A DNA stretch of 64,000 nt from Rhynchobatus australiae (taxonomy: Eukaryota). The notes beneath the pieces were generated by a model. It was given only the letters and a program-made list of their open reading frames with translations. It was not told the origin of the DNA and made no database searches. The DNA is taken from contig JAUZTB010000001.1 in assembly GCA_034780895.1 (NCBI GenBank), positions 94,151,131 through 94,215,130 on the forward strand, in the 5' to 3' direction. Both the position numbers and the translations under genes were made by a program. Numbering within the stretch: position 1 is the stretch's first letter; every line of letters begins with the position of its first letter. Shown in pieces: positions 37,736 to 51,495 of the stretch.

Positions 37736-39399
37736 TCTTCCTACTTGATGAGACCTGCAGTCCAGTCCAGTGACTGAATTCCAACATATGGTTGTTGGCT
37801 CCTATTGCCTAAGAATAAGTATTGGGTTAATGTTGTAGCTCTAATTCCCAAGTACCAGGATCTGGCTTAGCCAGCCAGAACAGCTCATTCGATCCAACCA
37901 TTGTTCATCCTGGCTAGATCTATGTCCAGGATAGTTCAGTTATTATGAACAGATAAATCGGTGACATTTCAGATTTGATGCAGATCAAGCATAATACAAA
38001 TATCGCACACTCAATTATCAGTCTTCACTGCTAGTTCTGAAGAACAGCTGATAACATTACTGCACTATACCTATCTGAACAACAGTACTTATTATTGCTT
38101 TTATTATTTAGTATGTGTTATACACTTATGGAACTGACAATTGCTTCAACTGACTTCTGGTGCTGAAGCACAGTCTTGAGNNNNNNNNNNNNNNNNNNNN
38201 NNNNNNNNNNNNNNNNNNNNNNTATGTCCATACTCCATCACTTTCCACCATCTTTGTGATAAGCAATGTCTGTGACAGAAGGTTGAAGTCAGTTGAAGAA
38301 AGGACCCTGCCACAGTCATGAATGAGCAACATAAAGACCCGTAGATCGTTGTCTGCTTGGAAATCTACCTCTGGCATTAAAGAAGTTTGCCAAATCCAAT
38401 GGAGAACCTTATGGCAACTAATCCATAGGATAAAATACACTTAATCTTGTTCTATATTTAATTGTGCTCTTAATTTGATTGAATAAACTGCCAGAGACTT
38501 TGAGAAGTGTGCAATGAGATATTGTTGAAGTTCAAGAGAACTGTGCACTTGACCGATGCATTTGTTGCCAGCATTCCAGGACCACTGTGCATGAGCATCG
38601 TTTTCCTGCATTCTAAACTTTCTTCACAGTGACTAAATAAACATTTTGGAAGGACTATTCTGGTGCTAATTAAAGCTTATCGTACTTTGAGTGACCGCTG
38701 GAGGAGCATGTATCAATCGTTAATAATTTTCAGTAACTACCAGGTTTTATGAATTTTAAATGTTTTCTTCATATATGAATATCTTGATATCTTTGAGCAC
38801 AGAGGAATCTGTTCCCTTTTACAGACATGCAGAGGTTATCCAGAGATANNNNNNNNNNNNNNNNNNNNNNNNNNNNNNNNNNNNNNNNNNNNNNNNNNNN
38901 NNNNNNNNNNNNNNNNNNNNNNNNNNNNNNNNNNNNNNNNNNNNNNNNCAGACATGCAGAGGTTATCCAGAGATATAGCTCCATCACTTCAGAGCAATTA
39001 CTCTTTTCCTGAGCACAACAGCCTCATTTTTGTGATGTGCTTTGGATATCAAATCCATGTTTTTAACACAATAATGAAAGAGGTCTCTTTGTGCTTCTGC
39101 GTTCTTTTGTTAAATTAGTTTATCTTCTCTTCTGAAAGCACTGATGCCTATTTGCTGAACTCTGCAGTTATACTGGGCATTCCTGCAGCTGACTATTCTT
39201 CATTGGATCATTGTCCCCGGATCAATGCAAGGCCATGTCATGACCTCCGAAATGCATCGATAAATGTGGACTGATCCAATGTATTTGAGATGATGAGTTT
39301 GAAGTCCACTGCCATCTCAAATTAGGGATGAGCAATAAATTCTGGCATTGCCAGTGATACCCATATCCCTCAAATGAATTTCAAAAAAAAAACTTTAAG

Positions 39400-39680
39400 C
39401 ATGGTGGTAGAGCAGATAGTAATGCTACCTACATTGACCCAGGTTCAACCTGGAACTCCTGTGCTTGCGGTGTTGGGTTTTCCTGTGACCCACTGGTTTC
39501 CTCCCGAGGCTTCCGTTTTCTACCATATCTCAAAGGGCTGCAATTTGGTTGGCTACTGTAAATTTCCTGTAGTATAGGAGAACCTGGGTGGAGGTGATGG
39601 GCACTGTGAAGGGGAATAGATCACAGGGAAACAAGTAGGGGATTGAGATCGATGGGCCAAATGGCCTCCTTCAGTGGTGC
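39400..39680 (+). mobile_element. Old V-SINE
   Basis: cccaggttcaacct, tggtttcctcccgaggcttccgttttctaccatatctcaaag and the tail gatgggccaaatggcctcct. Confidence 0.7.
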
Positions 39681-42600
39681 TGGCAGATAATGAAAATAAA
39701 TGCAGAAACATTGCTGGATACTGCTCATGAGAAAGAGGACTGTGGTAATTTTCCTTGCTTGCATCTTCCTTAAACTAGCACAAACAAGGGAAGCATTTGC
39801 ACGTAGCGAACAGAAAGGATTAATTTCCCTTGGTAGTGCTGACAGTACCTAAGTAAAAGGGGGACTGAGGGGAATAAAACTGAGTCAACATGTTGTGGAG
39901 GTGCAGACTCACTGCCTGAAAAAGTGATAGTCCAGAGATCGCATTTAAAAATATTCCTGAATGAGCACTTGAAGGGCCATAACCCATAGGTCTCTGGGCT
40001 GAGAACTGGGAGCGGAGCCCATTTTAGCCTGTATTGACACCCCAGCGGCCTCTTCCTGTGCTGTAAGTTTCTGAGATTCTATCTTCTGTGGATACAAAGA
40101 AAGGAGAAAGTTGCCAAGTCATGAAAGTTTTGCCAATCAGTAACCGGTAAATTCATTTCCTCCTGCCAGTAATTCATTTTTAATTTAATAGCTAGAAGCA
40201 AATTGGGAATAAATCCCCACCTGTCACGTCCAGAGTGAATAATCCTACCGACAAGGTTGAAGTTAGTGAATTTATTGAGTTTGGCTGCAACTGTCCACAT
40301 GATTAAGGCTTCCAAGAGGTCAATGGGAACTATTTCATAAAGGATGCAATCTTCTGCTTTCAATTATTGATGCTGGGCTGGTTACTATTCTGCAGTCACA
40401 TCTAGCCCTTGACCCAGATAAGGGATGTGTCTCCAAAAGGAAGCCTTTATTGGCTGCCCTGAAGTAAGATTAAATTGNNNNNNNNNNNNNNNNNNNNNNN
40501 NNNNNNNNNNNNNNNNNNNNNNNNNNNNNNNNNNNNNNNNNNNNNNNNNNNNNNNNNNNNNNNNNNNNNNNNNNNNNTTGTGGCTCATACATAACTCACT
40601 CTGACAGTGCAATATCCCATAGAAATCACATCAACATATTCTTTATAGTTACTCCTGTGTCTTGTGAATAGAGTAGAATTAATCTTAATATCAGAGCCAT
40701 ATTGTACATAGGTTTTTATAAATGCTGAAGATGTGCCAGATTTAGCCCTCGAAAGGTTGATGCATTAGTTTGCTTATTGAATTTTGAAGGTCAATATTCC
40801 AATGCTCGCTTGCTGTCTTCATTTGAGGCCAGTTATGACATAACTACTTCCTTTTCTATTGGGTTTTAAAGGTCAAAATTTGAACCAGCACTAAGCTATG
40901 TAGTCTGTTGGGTTGCAGTAAGAAAGAATAATAATAAGTTTCTTTTAAGATGACAAGTTGTAACGTGAACATTAAGGGCGCTTGTCTTCCTATAGCTGGT
41001 GAATGATTTATCCAATGCATGTGCTCTTGTACCAACAAAAAAGGAACAATTCTTGGTAAACAGTATTCAGGTTTTAAAGTGCACCATTTGTTTTGGTGAA
41101 GGAACTGCTGATGAGAAACACTGCAGATTTCAGGAGCAAAGGTAACTGGGTCATAAAGACTCACCGTGCAGCTGGCTCTTGGGCAACTTCCAGGATCAGT
41201 TTATCTGCAGTGTTCAATAAGTTGTAATTGCAACTTGCATTGCCACAGTGCCTTCACTGCAGAGAGCAATCAGAATGCTTTCATGAAAGAGAAGCAGAAT
41301 CAACATTTTGTACAACATTGAGGAGGAAGTGTTTAAAGCTTGGCCAAAGAGATGGGTTTCAAAGCAGGTTGTGAGCTATGATTTGTTTTGGGAGAAAATT
41401 ACTGATTTCTCTTGGATCGGATGAGTGTTCAGGAGGCTGGAGCCTGAAAATCTGAAGATAACAAAGGGAATGGAAGGCTGTAAAAGATTGCAGAGAAGTT
41501 TTATGCATGACAATGGAAGGGCTTGTGAATGAGTACAATTATTTGAAATTCAATCTAAGGGGAAGGCAGAGTGAAATGAAGCCAATGTCAATGGATAATT
41601 GGAACTCAGTGCAAGGTACTTTGCTGGCTGCTAGGTCGTTTAGAGTTTTTGGAGACACAAAACCTGTAATGAGGATGTTGGAAAACACCATTACAGTCAA
41701 CTCATGAAATGAAAATGAAGTCACAATGTGCCCAAACTTTGGCAAGGTTCACTTCTCCAATAGTCCTAAAGGTATTAATTAATGAGTTGGGTTTTGTCAA
41801 AAAGTTTTTGATTTTATTGCATTTTTTTCTGTGAGGAAAGATTACCAAAATCATCCAATTTTGTTCAATGCTATGTTCATCTGGCTGTGCAACCACAATA
41901 CTACCTTTCCCCAAATGAGTACCAATGCTCCTCAGTGTACTCCCACATTGGGAGCAAAGTAAATGGTCAAAACTGCAATGTGACAGTCTGAGAACAAATG
42001 TGATTTGTTCTCTTGGGTTCAAACACCCTTTTAGTGTAGGAAATTGGTTTGTAACTGCACAGTAATGGGATGACTGATATGTTTCTGAAGTCAAAATCGG
42101 AAATCATTTTGCCAACAATTAGAAGTCATTTTTTAAAAATGATCATGTAATGAGAAGGGAATGCCAGGATTTTGACCCAATGGTGATGATGGGATGGTGT
42201 TAAATTTACACGACAGAATGGTGTGCAACTTGGAGGGGAACCCAAGGGTGGTGGAGTTCTCTTGTACCTGCCGCCCTTGTCCTTGGGGTTTGGGAAGTAC
42301 TGTCAGAGTTGGCTGTGTGAGTAACTGCAGTGTATTTTGTTAATGGCACACAGAGGAGACGCAGTGCACTACTGGTGGAAGGAGTGAAATTTTAGGGTGC
42401 TGATTGGAGGGCTGCTTTTTCCTGTTCCATATTATTTGTGAATCTGCTCATTTTTGTGTGTGTTTTTTTTTGCAAATTTCAGTTCGCGAATTTTGCAAAT
42501 GATGTTCGGTTGCATAATGCAGAAAAGGATACTGTTATGAAATTGAAGTTATAAGCACATGGATAGTTAACAAGTATTCTTCTTTGAAAAGTTGATCGGC

Positions 42601-43519
42601 CTTTTAAAATTTAAGAATTGCTTTTTACTGCAACTTTAGGCTTGACACTTCTGTGGCAAAGTAAAAAGTTGTTTCATGGAACAGACCACAGCATTTATTG
42701 TTTGCCAAATAACTAAGGGCTGAACAGACAAAAGCGGTATAACCTGTTGCACAAACATAATGAGTTTAATTTAGGCCATAATGCACACAGTAAGGTAAGA
42801 TGAGAAATAAAAACAGAAAATGCTAGAAAAAACTCAGTAGGCTGGGCAGCATAAGCAGTAAACATTTCAGATCTGGGACCCTTCAACAGAACTGAGAAAG
42901 TGAGCAACAGTTTTGTCCAGGTAGCAGAAAAGGTGCAGGGTGGTGATGGTCAAAATAATGTGGCAGTTAAGGGGCAGTTCAAATCTCACCAGAGCCGTTA
43001 AGGAACTTACATTTATCTAATTGAAATACATAACATTTTGAGGAGGGTACAAGTTTTCCCTAGTGGGAGAATCTAGAACAAGAGGGGATTACTTCAGGAT
43101 AAAGGGTCAAGCAACTGAGACTATAACCATTAGCTTGGAAAACAGAGGTTCAAATGAGTGAAAGCCAATTTTTTAAGATGAATGTCAGGAAATCCTTTTA
43201 CATTTGAGTGATTTTTTTTGGATCAATGAGTGGTAATAAAAGTTAATTGGATGCTTTTTTCAGGGACATAACTTCTTCAATCAACTAAGATAGGATGAAA
43301 GATCTTGTTAGGCTCTGGTACATTGGAACGGCACGTGAAGTTTCAATAGTATGACTGAATATCAGGGCTGACAAATCAGCTACAAGGAGCACAAAATGCT
43401 TCAGGAGTTATCCATGTTATTTAGTTAATTATAAAAATCTAATTAATGAACAAAATTACTTTTTTAAAAAACTCCTGAAATCCTGAATTTTGAGGCAACT
43501 TGATTTAAGTCGTATGGAT

Positions 43520-45205
43520 ACATCAAACTTGTACCCTGTCAAGGCAGGGATTAATCAAAAATAGTCAGCATTACTTTGTTAGGGGAGATTTTGTCTGAGT
43601 AATTTAGTTGAATTTTTTGAAGAAGTAACCAATGTGCTTATGAGGGCAGTGCAGTTGAGGCAGTTAACCTGGACTTCAAAAGGGCTTTTCCCAAGGTCGT
43701 ATACAGGAAACTGGTTCAAATGTTTGGAGCCCATGGATTTCTGAGGTATGTTGGCAAATTGGATCCAAAATTGACTCGGTGATAGGAGGCAGAGGGTGAT
43801 GGTGGAGGGTGATTTTTGTGATAATAAACCTAAGACCAGTGGTGTATCACAGGAATCAGTGCTGGGGCCCTCACTGAATGTTATATGCCTCAACAATTTG
43901 GATATTAATGCAAGAGCCACGATCAGTAGTTTGATGGGTGAAACAAAATTGGTAATGTTGTTAATTTTGAGATGGTCAGTCATAGGCTGTGATATTGATC
44001 AGTTGGTAAAGTGGGCTGACTAATGGCCAATGAAATTTAATCCTGATAAGTGGGAGACGATGCACATTGGGGGGGGGGGCTATGGAGGGTAGAACATGCT
44101 CAGTGAATGGTAAATTCCTGATGAGTATTGAAGAACAAAGGGACTCAGGGGTACAATCGTCTCTGAAAGTGGCAGCANNNNNNNNNNNNNNNNNNNNNNN
44201 NNNNNNNNNNNNNNNNNNNNNNNNNNNNNNNNNNNNNNNNNNNNNNNNNNNNNNNNNNNNNNNNNNNNNNNNNNNNNACTCAGGGGTACAAGCGTCTCTG
44301 AAAGTGGCAGCACAGGCAGATAAGATGGTAAAGAAGCCATACAGGATACTTGCCAAAATTAGCTGGGGCATAATGATTAAGAGCAGGGAGGTTATGGTAC
44401 AACTTAATAAAACGTTGGTTGGACCACAGCTGGAGTATTGTGTGCAGATATAGTTGTTTCAATCACATGGGAAGGGTGTGATTGTACTGGACAGGGTGAA
44501 GAGAAGATTCACCAGGATGTTGCCTGGGATGGAGCTTTTCAGTTATGGAGAGAAACTTGAGGTCTAGTTTGGATTCCTTGGAGTGGAGGAGTCCACTGGG
44601 GACCTGAAACAGCTATATAAAATGATGAGGGGTATAGATAGAGTTGAATATAGGAAGGTTTTCCCCGCTGAAGAAATGTATAAAACTGCAGGCCATAAGT
44701 TCAGAGAGGATCTGATGAGGAATATTTTCACCAGAATGTGGTTAGAATCTGGAAAGCACTGCATAGGTGGGTAGTGGAGGCATACACTCTCACACTGTTG
44801 TAGTATTGAGACAAGTGCTTGCATTGCCAAAGCATTAAAGGCTCAGACTAAGCGTTAGTAAATGGGATAAGTATAATAATAATCTCTTTATTAGTCACTT
44901 GTACATGGAAACACACAGTGAAATTCATCTATGCGTAGAATGTTCGGGGGCAGCCTGCAAGTGTCGCCACGCTCCTGGCACCAACAGAGCATGCCCACAA
45001 CTTCCTAACCCGTACGTCTTTGGAATGTGGGAGGAAACCAGAGCACCCGGAGGAAACCAAGTAGTCATGGGGAGAACGTACTAACTCCTTGCAGACAGTG
45101 GCAGGAATTGAACTGGAGTTGCTGGCACTGAGGAGCACTTGTTACTCTGCAGGGATGTCATGGGCTGAAGGTCCGGTTTCTGGGCTGCAGGACTCTGTGA
45201 CTTTC
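43520..45205 (+). mobile_element. CR1 LINE RT/3' region, interrupted by a SINE at ~44880-45140
   Basis: NLVEFFEEVT, TSGVSQESVLGPSL and QLNKTLVGPQLEYCVQ. The tail resumes as tgggctgaaggtccggtttc after the SINE. Confidence 0.9.
44880..45140 (-). mobile_element. V-SINE with Rex1-like tail (second copy)
   Basis: Closely matches 34864-35168 (ggggcagcctgcaagtgtcgccac..cacca..gcatgcccaca..cctaaccc.tacgtctttggaatgt). Confidence 0.88.
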
Positions 45206-46528
45206 TGAAGTGCAATTTATCTTGATAATCCCTTCCCTAAATTGTTCAGCCTGTATTAAGGTTAACAAAAGCCTCATATAAGCCAGCAAGGCTGCTTGAT
45301 TTTCTGCTGTTATTGAAAAGGGTTTAGGTGCAGAGAGAGATGATTGATGAGTGGCTTTTTCAAATTAAAATCCCTTCATAACTAGATATGAAACTACATC
45401 TTTGCTTTGAATGCTGTGGTCCTGACTAAATAAGTTGCAGTTGATTGACAGTACTCATGCATGGGTTACAGGAAAATTACGTGAGAAGAATATAAATTTT
45501 CAGCATCTTTCTTATGTCAGGGAGAATGGCCACACCTGCGAAGTGTCTGCATTTGACTGAACTTAAAATATTTAAGAAAATTACCAGAGCTCCATAGAGC
45601 TTGGATCAAATGCTGGATCACTGCAGGTAGAAAGACCCCATTTACCATACTCCCACACTTCCACACACATTTCGATGTTGCTTTTGTGCTTGTGTCCAGC
45701 TCGTGTCTGCAGTCTCACGAGTTGGACTCAGCTAAGCTCCAAAAATCCCAGCTATATTAATAGTGGGAACTGAGCTGGAGGGGGGTGGGGAGAAGAGAGA
45801 GAAGGACGAGTCTTGGATGTAAGCAACCTCAAAGGAAACTTATTTTCCATTTTGTGAACGGTGAAAGAAAATGTTTGCTTAACTATTCTTGGTATAGCCT
45901 GTGTCAGCAGTTTGCATGGACTTGACAAAGAATAGTTAAAGCAAACATTTTGGTTGATTCTGTCCTTTAGAAGTCTAATGCTGCATTGACAAATCTCACA
46001 TGAATCAGAAATTCACTGCCACATTAAGATATTGCGACATTAAGGTTCCTCATGACGGTGTATCTGAGTAAAAAATGTCTCATTAGTGCCAATTGGAAAT
46101 AGTGTTATAAAAAGGCAATTACCCCCCCACCCCCCAAGCCTGAAAGAANNNNNNNNNNNNNNNNNNNNNNNNNNNNNNNNNNNNNNNNNNNNNNNNNNNN
46201 NNNNNNNNNNNNNNNNNNNNNNNNNNNNNNNNNNNNNNNNNNNNNNNNNNNNNNNNNNNNNNNNNNNNNNNNNNNNNNNNNNNNNNNNNNNNNNNNNNNN
46301 NNNNNNNNNNNNNNNNNNNNNNNNNNNNNNNNNNNNNNNNNNNNNNNNNNNNNNNNNNNNNNNNNNNNNNNNNNNNNNNNNNNNNNNNNNNNNNNNNNNN
46401 NNNNNNNNNNNNNNNNNNNNNNNNNNNNNNNNNNNNNNNNNNNNNNNNNNNNNNNNNNNNNNNNNNNNNNNNNNNNNNNNNNNNNNNNNNNNNNNNNNNN
46501 NNNNNNNNNNNNNNNNNNNNNNNNNNNA

Positions 46529-48130
46529 GCATCTGGACAGTAAAGACACCTACATTAGACTATTGTTTATTGACTGCAGCTCCGCCTTCAATATTATAAT
46601 TCCAGGCAAACTCATCTCCAAACTCAGAGACCTGGGACTCAGAAACTGGATCCTTGACTTCCTGACCAACAAACCACAATCAGTGAGGATAGGCAGCAAC
46701 AATTCCAGCACGATTATTCTCAACACTGGTGCTCCACAAGGCTGCGTCCTCAACCCCCTATTCTTCTCCTTGTACACTCATGACTGTGTGGCTTGATTCT
46801 GCTCTAACTCCATCAGTGTTTACAAATGATACCACTGTAGTGGGCTGTATCTCAAATAATGATGAGTCAGAGTATAGGAAAGAGAGAGCTTAGTAACGTG
46901 GTGTCATGACAACTACCTTTCCCTCAGTGTCAGCAAAACAAAAGAGCTGGTCATTGACTTCAGGAAAGGGGATGGTGTTTCTGCACCCATCTACATCAAC
47001 GGTGCTGAGGTCAAGAAGGCTGAGAGCTTTAAGTTCCTAGGAGTGAACACCACCAATAGCCTGTTCTGGTCCAACTGCGTAGATGCCATGGTCAAGAAAA
47101 CTCAGCAGTGCCTCCACTTCCTCAGGAGGCTAAAGAAATTTGGGAAACAAAGACTGCAATTGAACTGTTGGAATTGAGATGAAAAACATGACGATGCTGG
47201 AACTCAGCAGGCCAGGCAGCATCTGTGGAGAAAAGCAGGCGGTCAATGTTTTGGGTCCGGACCTTTTTTCAGGACTGAAGATAAGAAAAGGGGAAGTCCA
47301 ATATAGGGGAGAGAAAAGCAGAGCAGTGATAGGTGGACAAAAGAAAGGAGGTGNNNNNNNNNNNNNNNNNNNNNNNNNNNNNNNNNNNNNNNNNNNNNNN
47401 NNNNNNNNNNNNNNNNNNNNNNNNNNNNNNNNNNNNNNNNNNNNNNNNNNNNNNNNNNNNNNNNNNNNNNNNNNNNNNNNNNNNNNNNNNNNNNNNNNNN
47501 NNNGTGGGGGGAGGGGGTTCTGGGGAAGGGGTGGGGTGGGGATTACTTAAAGTGGGAGAATCCCATGTTCAAAGCTTTGGTATGACCTTGTTGACCCTCA
47601 CCTCATCAATGCACCATAGAAAGATCCTATCTGGATGTACCACAGCTTGGTATAGCACTGCTCTGCCTGTGACCACAAGAAACTGCAGAGCTCAGCACAT
47701 CACAGAAGCCAACCTCCCCTCCATGGACTCTGTCTGCACTTCTCGCTGCCTTGGTAAAGCAGCCAGCATAATCAAAGACCCCACCCACCCCAGACATTCT
47801 CTCTTCTCCCCTCTCCTATTGTGCAGAAGATACAAAAGCCTGAAAGCATGTAAACCAGGCTCAAGGGCAGCTTCTATCCTGCTGTTATAACACTATTGAA
47901 CAGTTTCCTATTACAATAAGATGGATTCTTGACCTCTCAATCTACCTCATTATGGCCTTGCACCTGATTGTCTACCTGCACTGCACTTTCTCTGCAGCTG
48001 CTACACTTAATTCTGCATTCTGTTATTGTTTTACCTTGTACCACCTCAATGCAATGAATTGATCTGTTTGAATGGTATGCAAGACAAGTTTTTCACTCTC
48101 CCTCAGTACATGTGACATTAATAAACAATT
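46529..48130 (+). mobile_element. Rex1/Babar-clade LINE (RT to 3' tail), interrupted at 47144-47575
   Basis: [65 protein letters not shown], then LNVSKTKELVIDFRK-like, FKFLGV and KAASIIKDPTHPRHSLFSPL. Confidence 0.93.
47144..47575 (-). mobile_element. Penelope-like element 3' fragment nested in Rex1
   Basis: Minus strand reads ..NMGFSHFK* (typical C-terminus of vertebrate Penelope ORFs), then a C-rich tract, a hammerhead-like motif and the ctgctgagttccagcatc module. Flanked by a tttgg direct repeat (47139-47143, 47576-47580). Confidence 0.65.
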
Positions 48131-48514
48131 CCAATCCCAGGAAGTTTCAGTTTGATTCTGTTAACTTTGTTAATAAATGGTCCTTCTCCCTTTTATTTGC
48201 AACTTAATTGTTTCTTTTTTGGAGACACAGGAGACTGTGGATGCTGTAATCTGGAACAAAAAACAAACAGCTGGAGGGTCAAGCAGCATCTGTAGAGGCA
48301 AGGGAATAGTTGACTTTTCAGATCAAGACCCTGCATCAGGATCTGTTGTTTCCTTTTCTTGTGGTTGAAGAGCACTCAGAAACCAGAGTCAAAGATGTAC
48401 CGAACCTTCGTTCAATGAGTCTCGGTAGAAGGTTACCTGCAGGGTGGTCAAGTGACAGTATCCGCCTGAGAATCAACAGACATTGAGCTTTTAGAGTAAT
48501 AGAGACAAACCAGG

Positions 48515-49905
48515 AACTTATAGTCCTGTAAGCCTTCCATCAGTGGCAGGGAAATATTGGAGAAGATTCTTTGGTATAGGATCTTCTCGCATCTGGAAAA
48601 GCACAGACTTATTAGGGATAGTCCGCATGGGTTTGTGTCTTACAAATTCAATTGAGTTTTTTGAGGAGGTGAAAAAGATGATAGATGATGGTAGGGCAGT
48701 GGATGTTGTATACATGGACTTTAGTAAAGCTTTCAACAAGGTCCCTAATTGTAAGCTGATCTGGAAGATTAAGATGTGTGGAATTCACAGTGACTTGTTA
48801 GATTGGATTCAAAATTTGCTTGGCCGTGGAAGACAGGGTAGTGGCGGAGGGGTGTTATTCTGACTGGAGGTCTGTGACCACTGGTGTTCTCCAAGGATCA
48901 GTGCTGGGAACTGTTTGTGATATAGGTGAATGATTTGGAGGAAAATGTAGGTGAGATGATTAATGTTTGCACATGAAACAAAATTTGGCAGAGTTGTGGA
49001 TAGTGAGGAAGGTTCTCGAAGGATTCAGCAGGATATTGATCAGTTGAAAATGTGAGCAGAGAAATGGCAGATGAAATTTAATCTGGGGGAGTGTAAGGTG
49101 TTGCACGTTAGGAGGTCAAATGCAAGAGGAAAGTATACTGTAAATGGCAGACCCCTTAGGAGCATTGTTGTACAAAGGGATCATGGGGTCCAAATCCATA
49201 GCTCCCTGAAAGTGACAACACCAGTTGATAAGGTGGTAAAGAAGGCATACAGCATACTAGCCTTCATCAATCAGGGTGCTGAGTATAAAAGGTGGAAAGT
49301 CATGTCGCATTTGTATAAAACTTTGGATAGGCCACATTTGGAATATTGTGTGTAGTTCTGGTCACTACATTACAGTAAAGATGCAGAGGGTGCAGAGAGG
49401 TTCACCAGCATATAGCCTGGGTTAGAGAGTATTGGTTCTAAGGTAAGGGCAAATTTGGATTGTTTTCTCTGGAGCTTCGGAAGCTGAAGGGCGACCAGAT
49501 GGAAGTATATAAAATTATGAGAGACGTAGACAGGGTAAACAGTCAGAGTCTTTTTCCTTGGGTGGAAATGTCAAATACCAGAGGGCAGAGCTTTAAATGA
49601 GAGGGGGGAAGTCGATAAGAGATTTACAAGGCAAGTTTTTACACTGAGACTGGTATGTGCCTGGAAAATGCTTTTACCATCTTCCCCTGGCAGCATGTTC
49701 CAGGCACTTACCATTCCCTCTGCAGCAATGTTTAAAAGGCATTTTGACAGGCACATGAATAGGCAGGGAATGGGGTGGGGGGGAGGGGGCATATGGACCA
49801 TGTGCAGGTAGATGGGATTAGTTTGGTATTAGTTTAACTTGGCATCATGGTCAGCACAGACATTGTGGGCCAAAGGGCCTGTTGCTGTGCTGTACTGTTC
49901 TCTTG
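48515..49905 (+). mobile_element. CR1 LINE RT to 3' tail
   Basis: CLTNSIEFFEEVKKMIDDGRAVDVVYMDFSKAFNKVP, MKFNLGECKVLH, LYKTLDRPHLEYCV and the tail gggccaaagggcctgttgctgtgctgtactgttct. Confidence 0.94.
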
Positions 49906-51168
49906 TATGAGTACATTTCACACCCATTTACAGAACATTAATCTATCCTGATCTGATCACTGTGTCATGAACTGGAATTATGATGGGCCTCTCCAGATGT
50001 AAATTGGATTCCTGTTAAGACAGCCTTTTTGTGTTGTCTCTGATCTGGCACATTATGTTCCCTGCACCTTTGGCCAAACATTCCAGAATGCCTTGTGTCA
50101 TGTGACACTTGCTCCGCCTCTTATTGAAGAACAAAAATAATATACATATTAAGGAATCAATCAGTGTCTGTGTAAATACCCTGGTCGGTGTCTGAGACCA
50201 GCTGTGACAAAGGGTTCCTCATCTGTAACATCTTACTACTGCTGCTCTTACATAGAGCTGTCTTTACAGAACTGCACCTTGAGATTTCAATGGTGATCAC
50301 TGCTTGTAACATTGAAAGACTGTGCTTCTATGACATGATGTAAATATTCAATGGAAGCATTGTTGAAAGCTAGTTTTTGCTTATCAGTGGTTCTTGTGAC
50401 TATTACTCTCTACTCCTTAACATTTTTCCCTAAGATGATTTTGTTGGATTTGATTCTCTTTTATTCAGTATGAAATACAGTCGAATAAATATGGTTCAAG
50501 AATGCTTTCCCCAGCAGAAAGGAACAATGTTTCATTCTCGAACAGTGCTGGAAGAGACTTGTAATTGGAAGAGTAATTTGGTTTCTCCTGGTCATAAATG
50601 CATTTATGAAAATGAGTCAACAACTCCAATTTCCACACTAGGTCACTGCTCTAAGTGTGGCATAATGCCACTGATATGGTCCATAAATCTAAATATTATC
50701 TCTGCCAGTGATAGGTATTTGAATATTAAAAAGGAAAATGTGAGATATCTCCATTAGTTTCAGGACAAAGGGCAACAGTTTCAATCTCTTTGAAGGACTG
50801 CTTATACCTTAACTAGTAATTTGTAATTTTAATCACTGTTGAAACATCTGCATTTATTTTAGCAGCAAAACATTTAATGGGGCAATTGGTACCAATATCT
50901 GCTGTGAAATATCTGGTGTTGGTGCTCCCATGTACCTGCTCCCCTTGTCCATTTGATTATCGAGTTCATCTGTAGGAGTAGCCGAGGTGAGTATTTTGCA
51001 GATAGCGCTCTGCTGGATTTCTGCAGCTTTACTCAGAAGCAGGAAATCTTAGTGGAGAAGTGGATCTTTTCGTTCTTGAGTTTGTCCTGCTGCTGATTCT
51101 CACCTAAATCCATACGTGTGTTTTTTTCAATATATCTTTGATTTTTTTTGATAATGAGAGGTATGATC

Positions 51169-51495
51169 TTTTACAATATTTTTATTAATTCCATAAGAAA
51201 AAATACAGAGTACATGCATCACAAAAGAGTAAAAATATTACAGAATACATTGTGTTAAATCATACTTAAGATCACAATACTCTGAATTAATAGTCACATG
51301 TAATAGTTAATAAATGAAAAATTGGAATATTTTAATTATAAAAAAAATCTACTCCCACTCCCAAAAACTAATGCTGTTGGATAAAAGAAAAAGGAAAAAA
51401 AAAACCTTGAAACATAACAATGTCAGCCAATGTCTGTGCTTCAGTCACCAAATCAAAGAGTTTGAAAATAATTCAAGAAACGTCCCCACAGGGGT
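51169..51495 (-). mobile_element. 5'-truncated L1-clade LINE 3' end with target-site duplication
   Basis: Minus strand: LWGRFLNYFQTL*, an AT-rich 3' UTR, AATAAA and a short A end. Flanked by tgagaggtatgatc (51155-51168) and tgaaaggtatgatc (51496-51509). Confidence 0.7.

Noticed and set aside
38822-38975. Exact 27-bp direct repeat flanking 100 Ns, with similar cases at 35420-35600, 44143-44312 and 59907-60044
   Set aside because: Near-identical sequence on both sides of fixed-size 100-N gaps is the usual sign of overlapping contig ends, not a biological repeat array.
50083-50125. GTCATGTGAC (CLEAR/M-box-like) next to a GC box, and CACGTG at ~17931
   Set aside because: These are short motifs expected by chance in 64 kb. 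The first lies next to a probable Penelope-derived relic, and there is no independent support.
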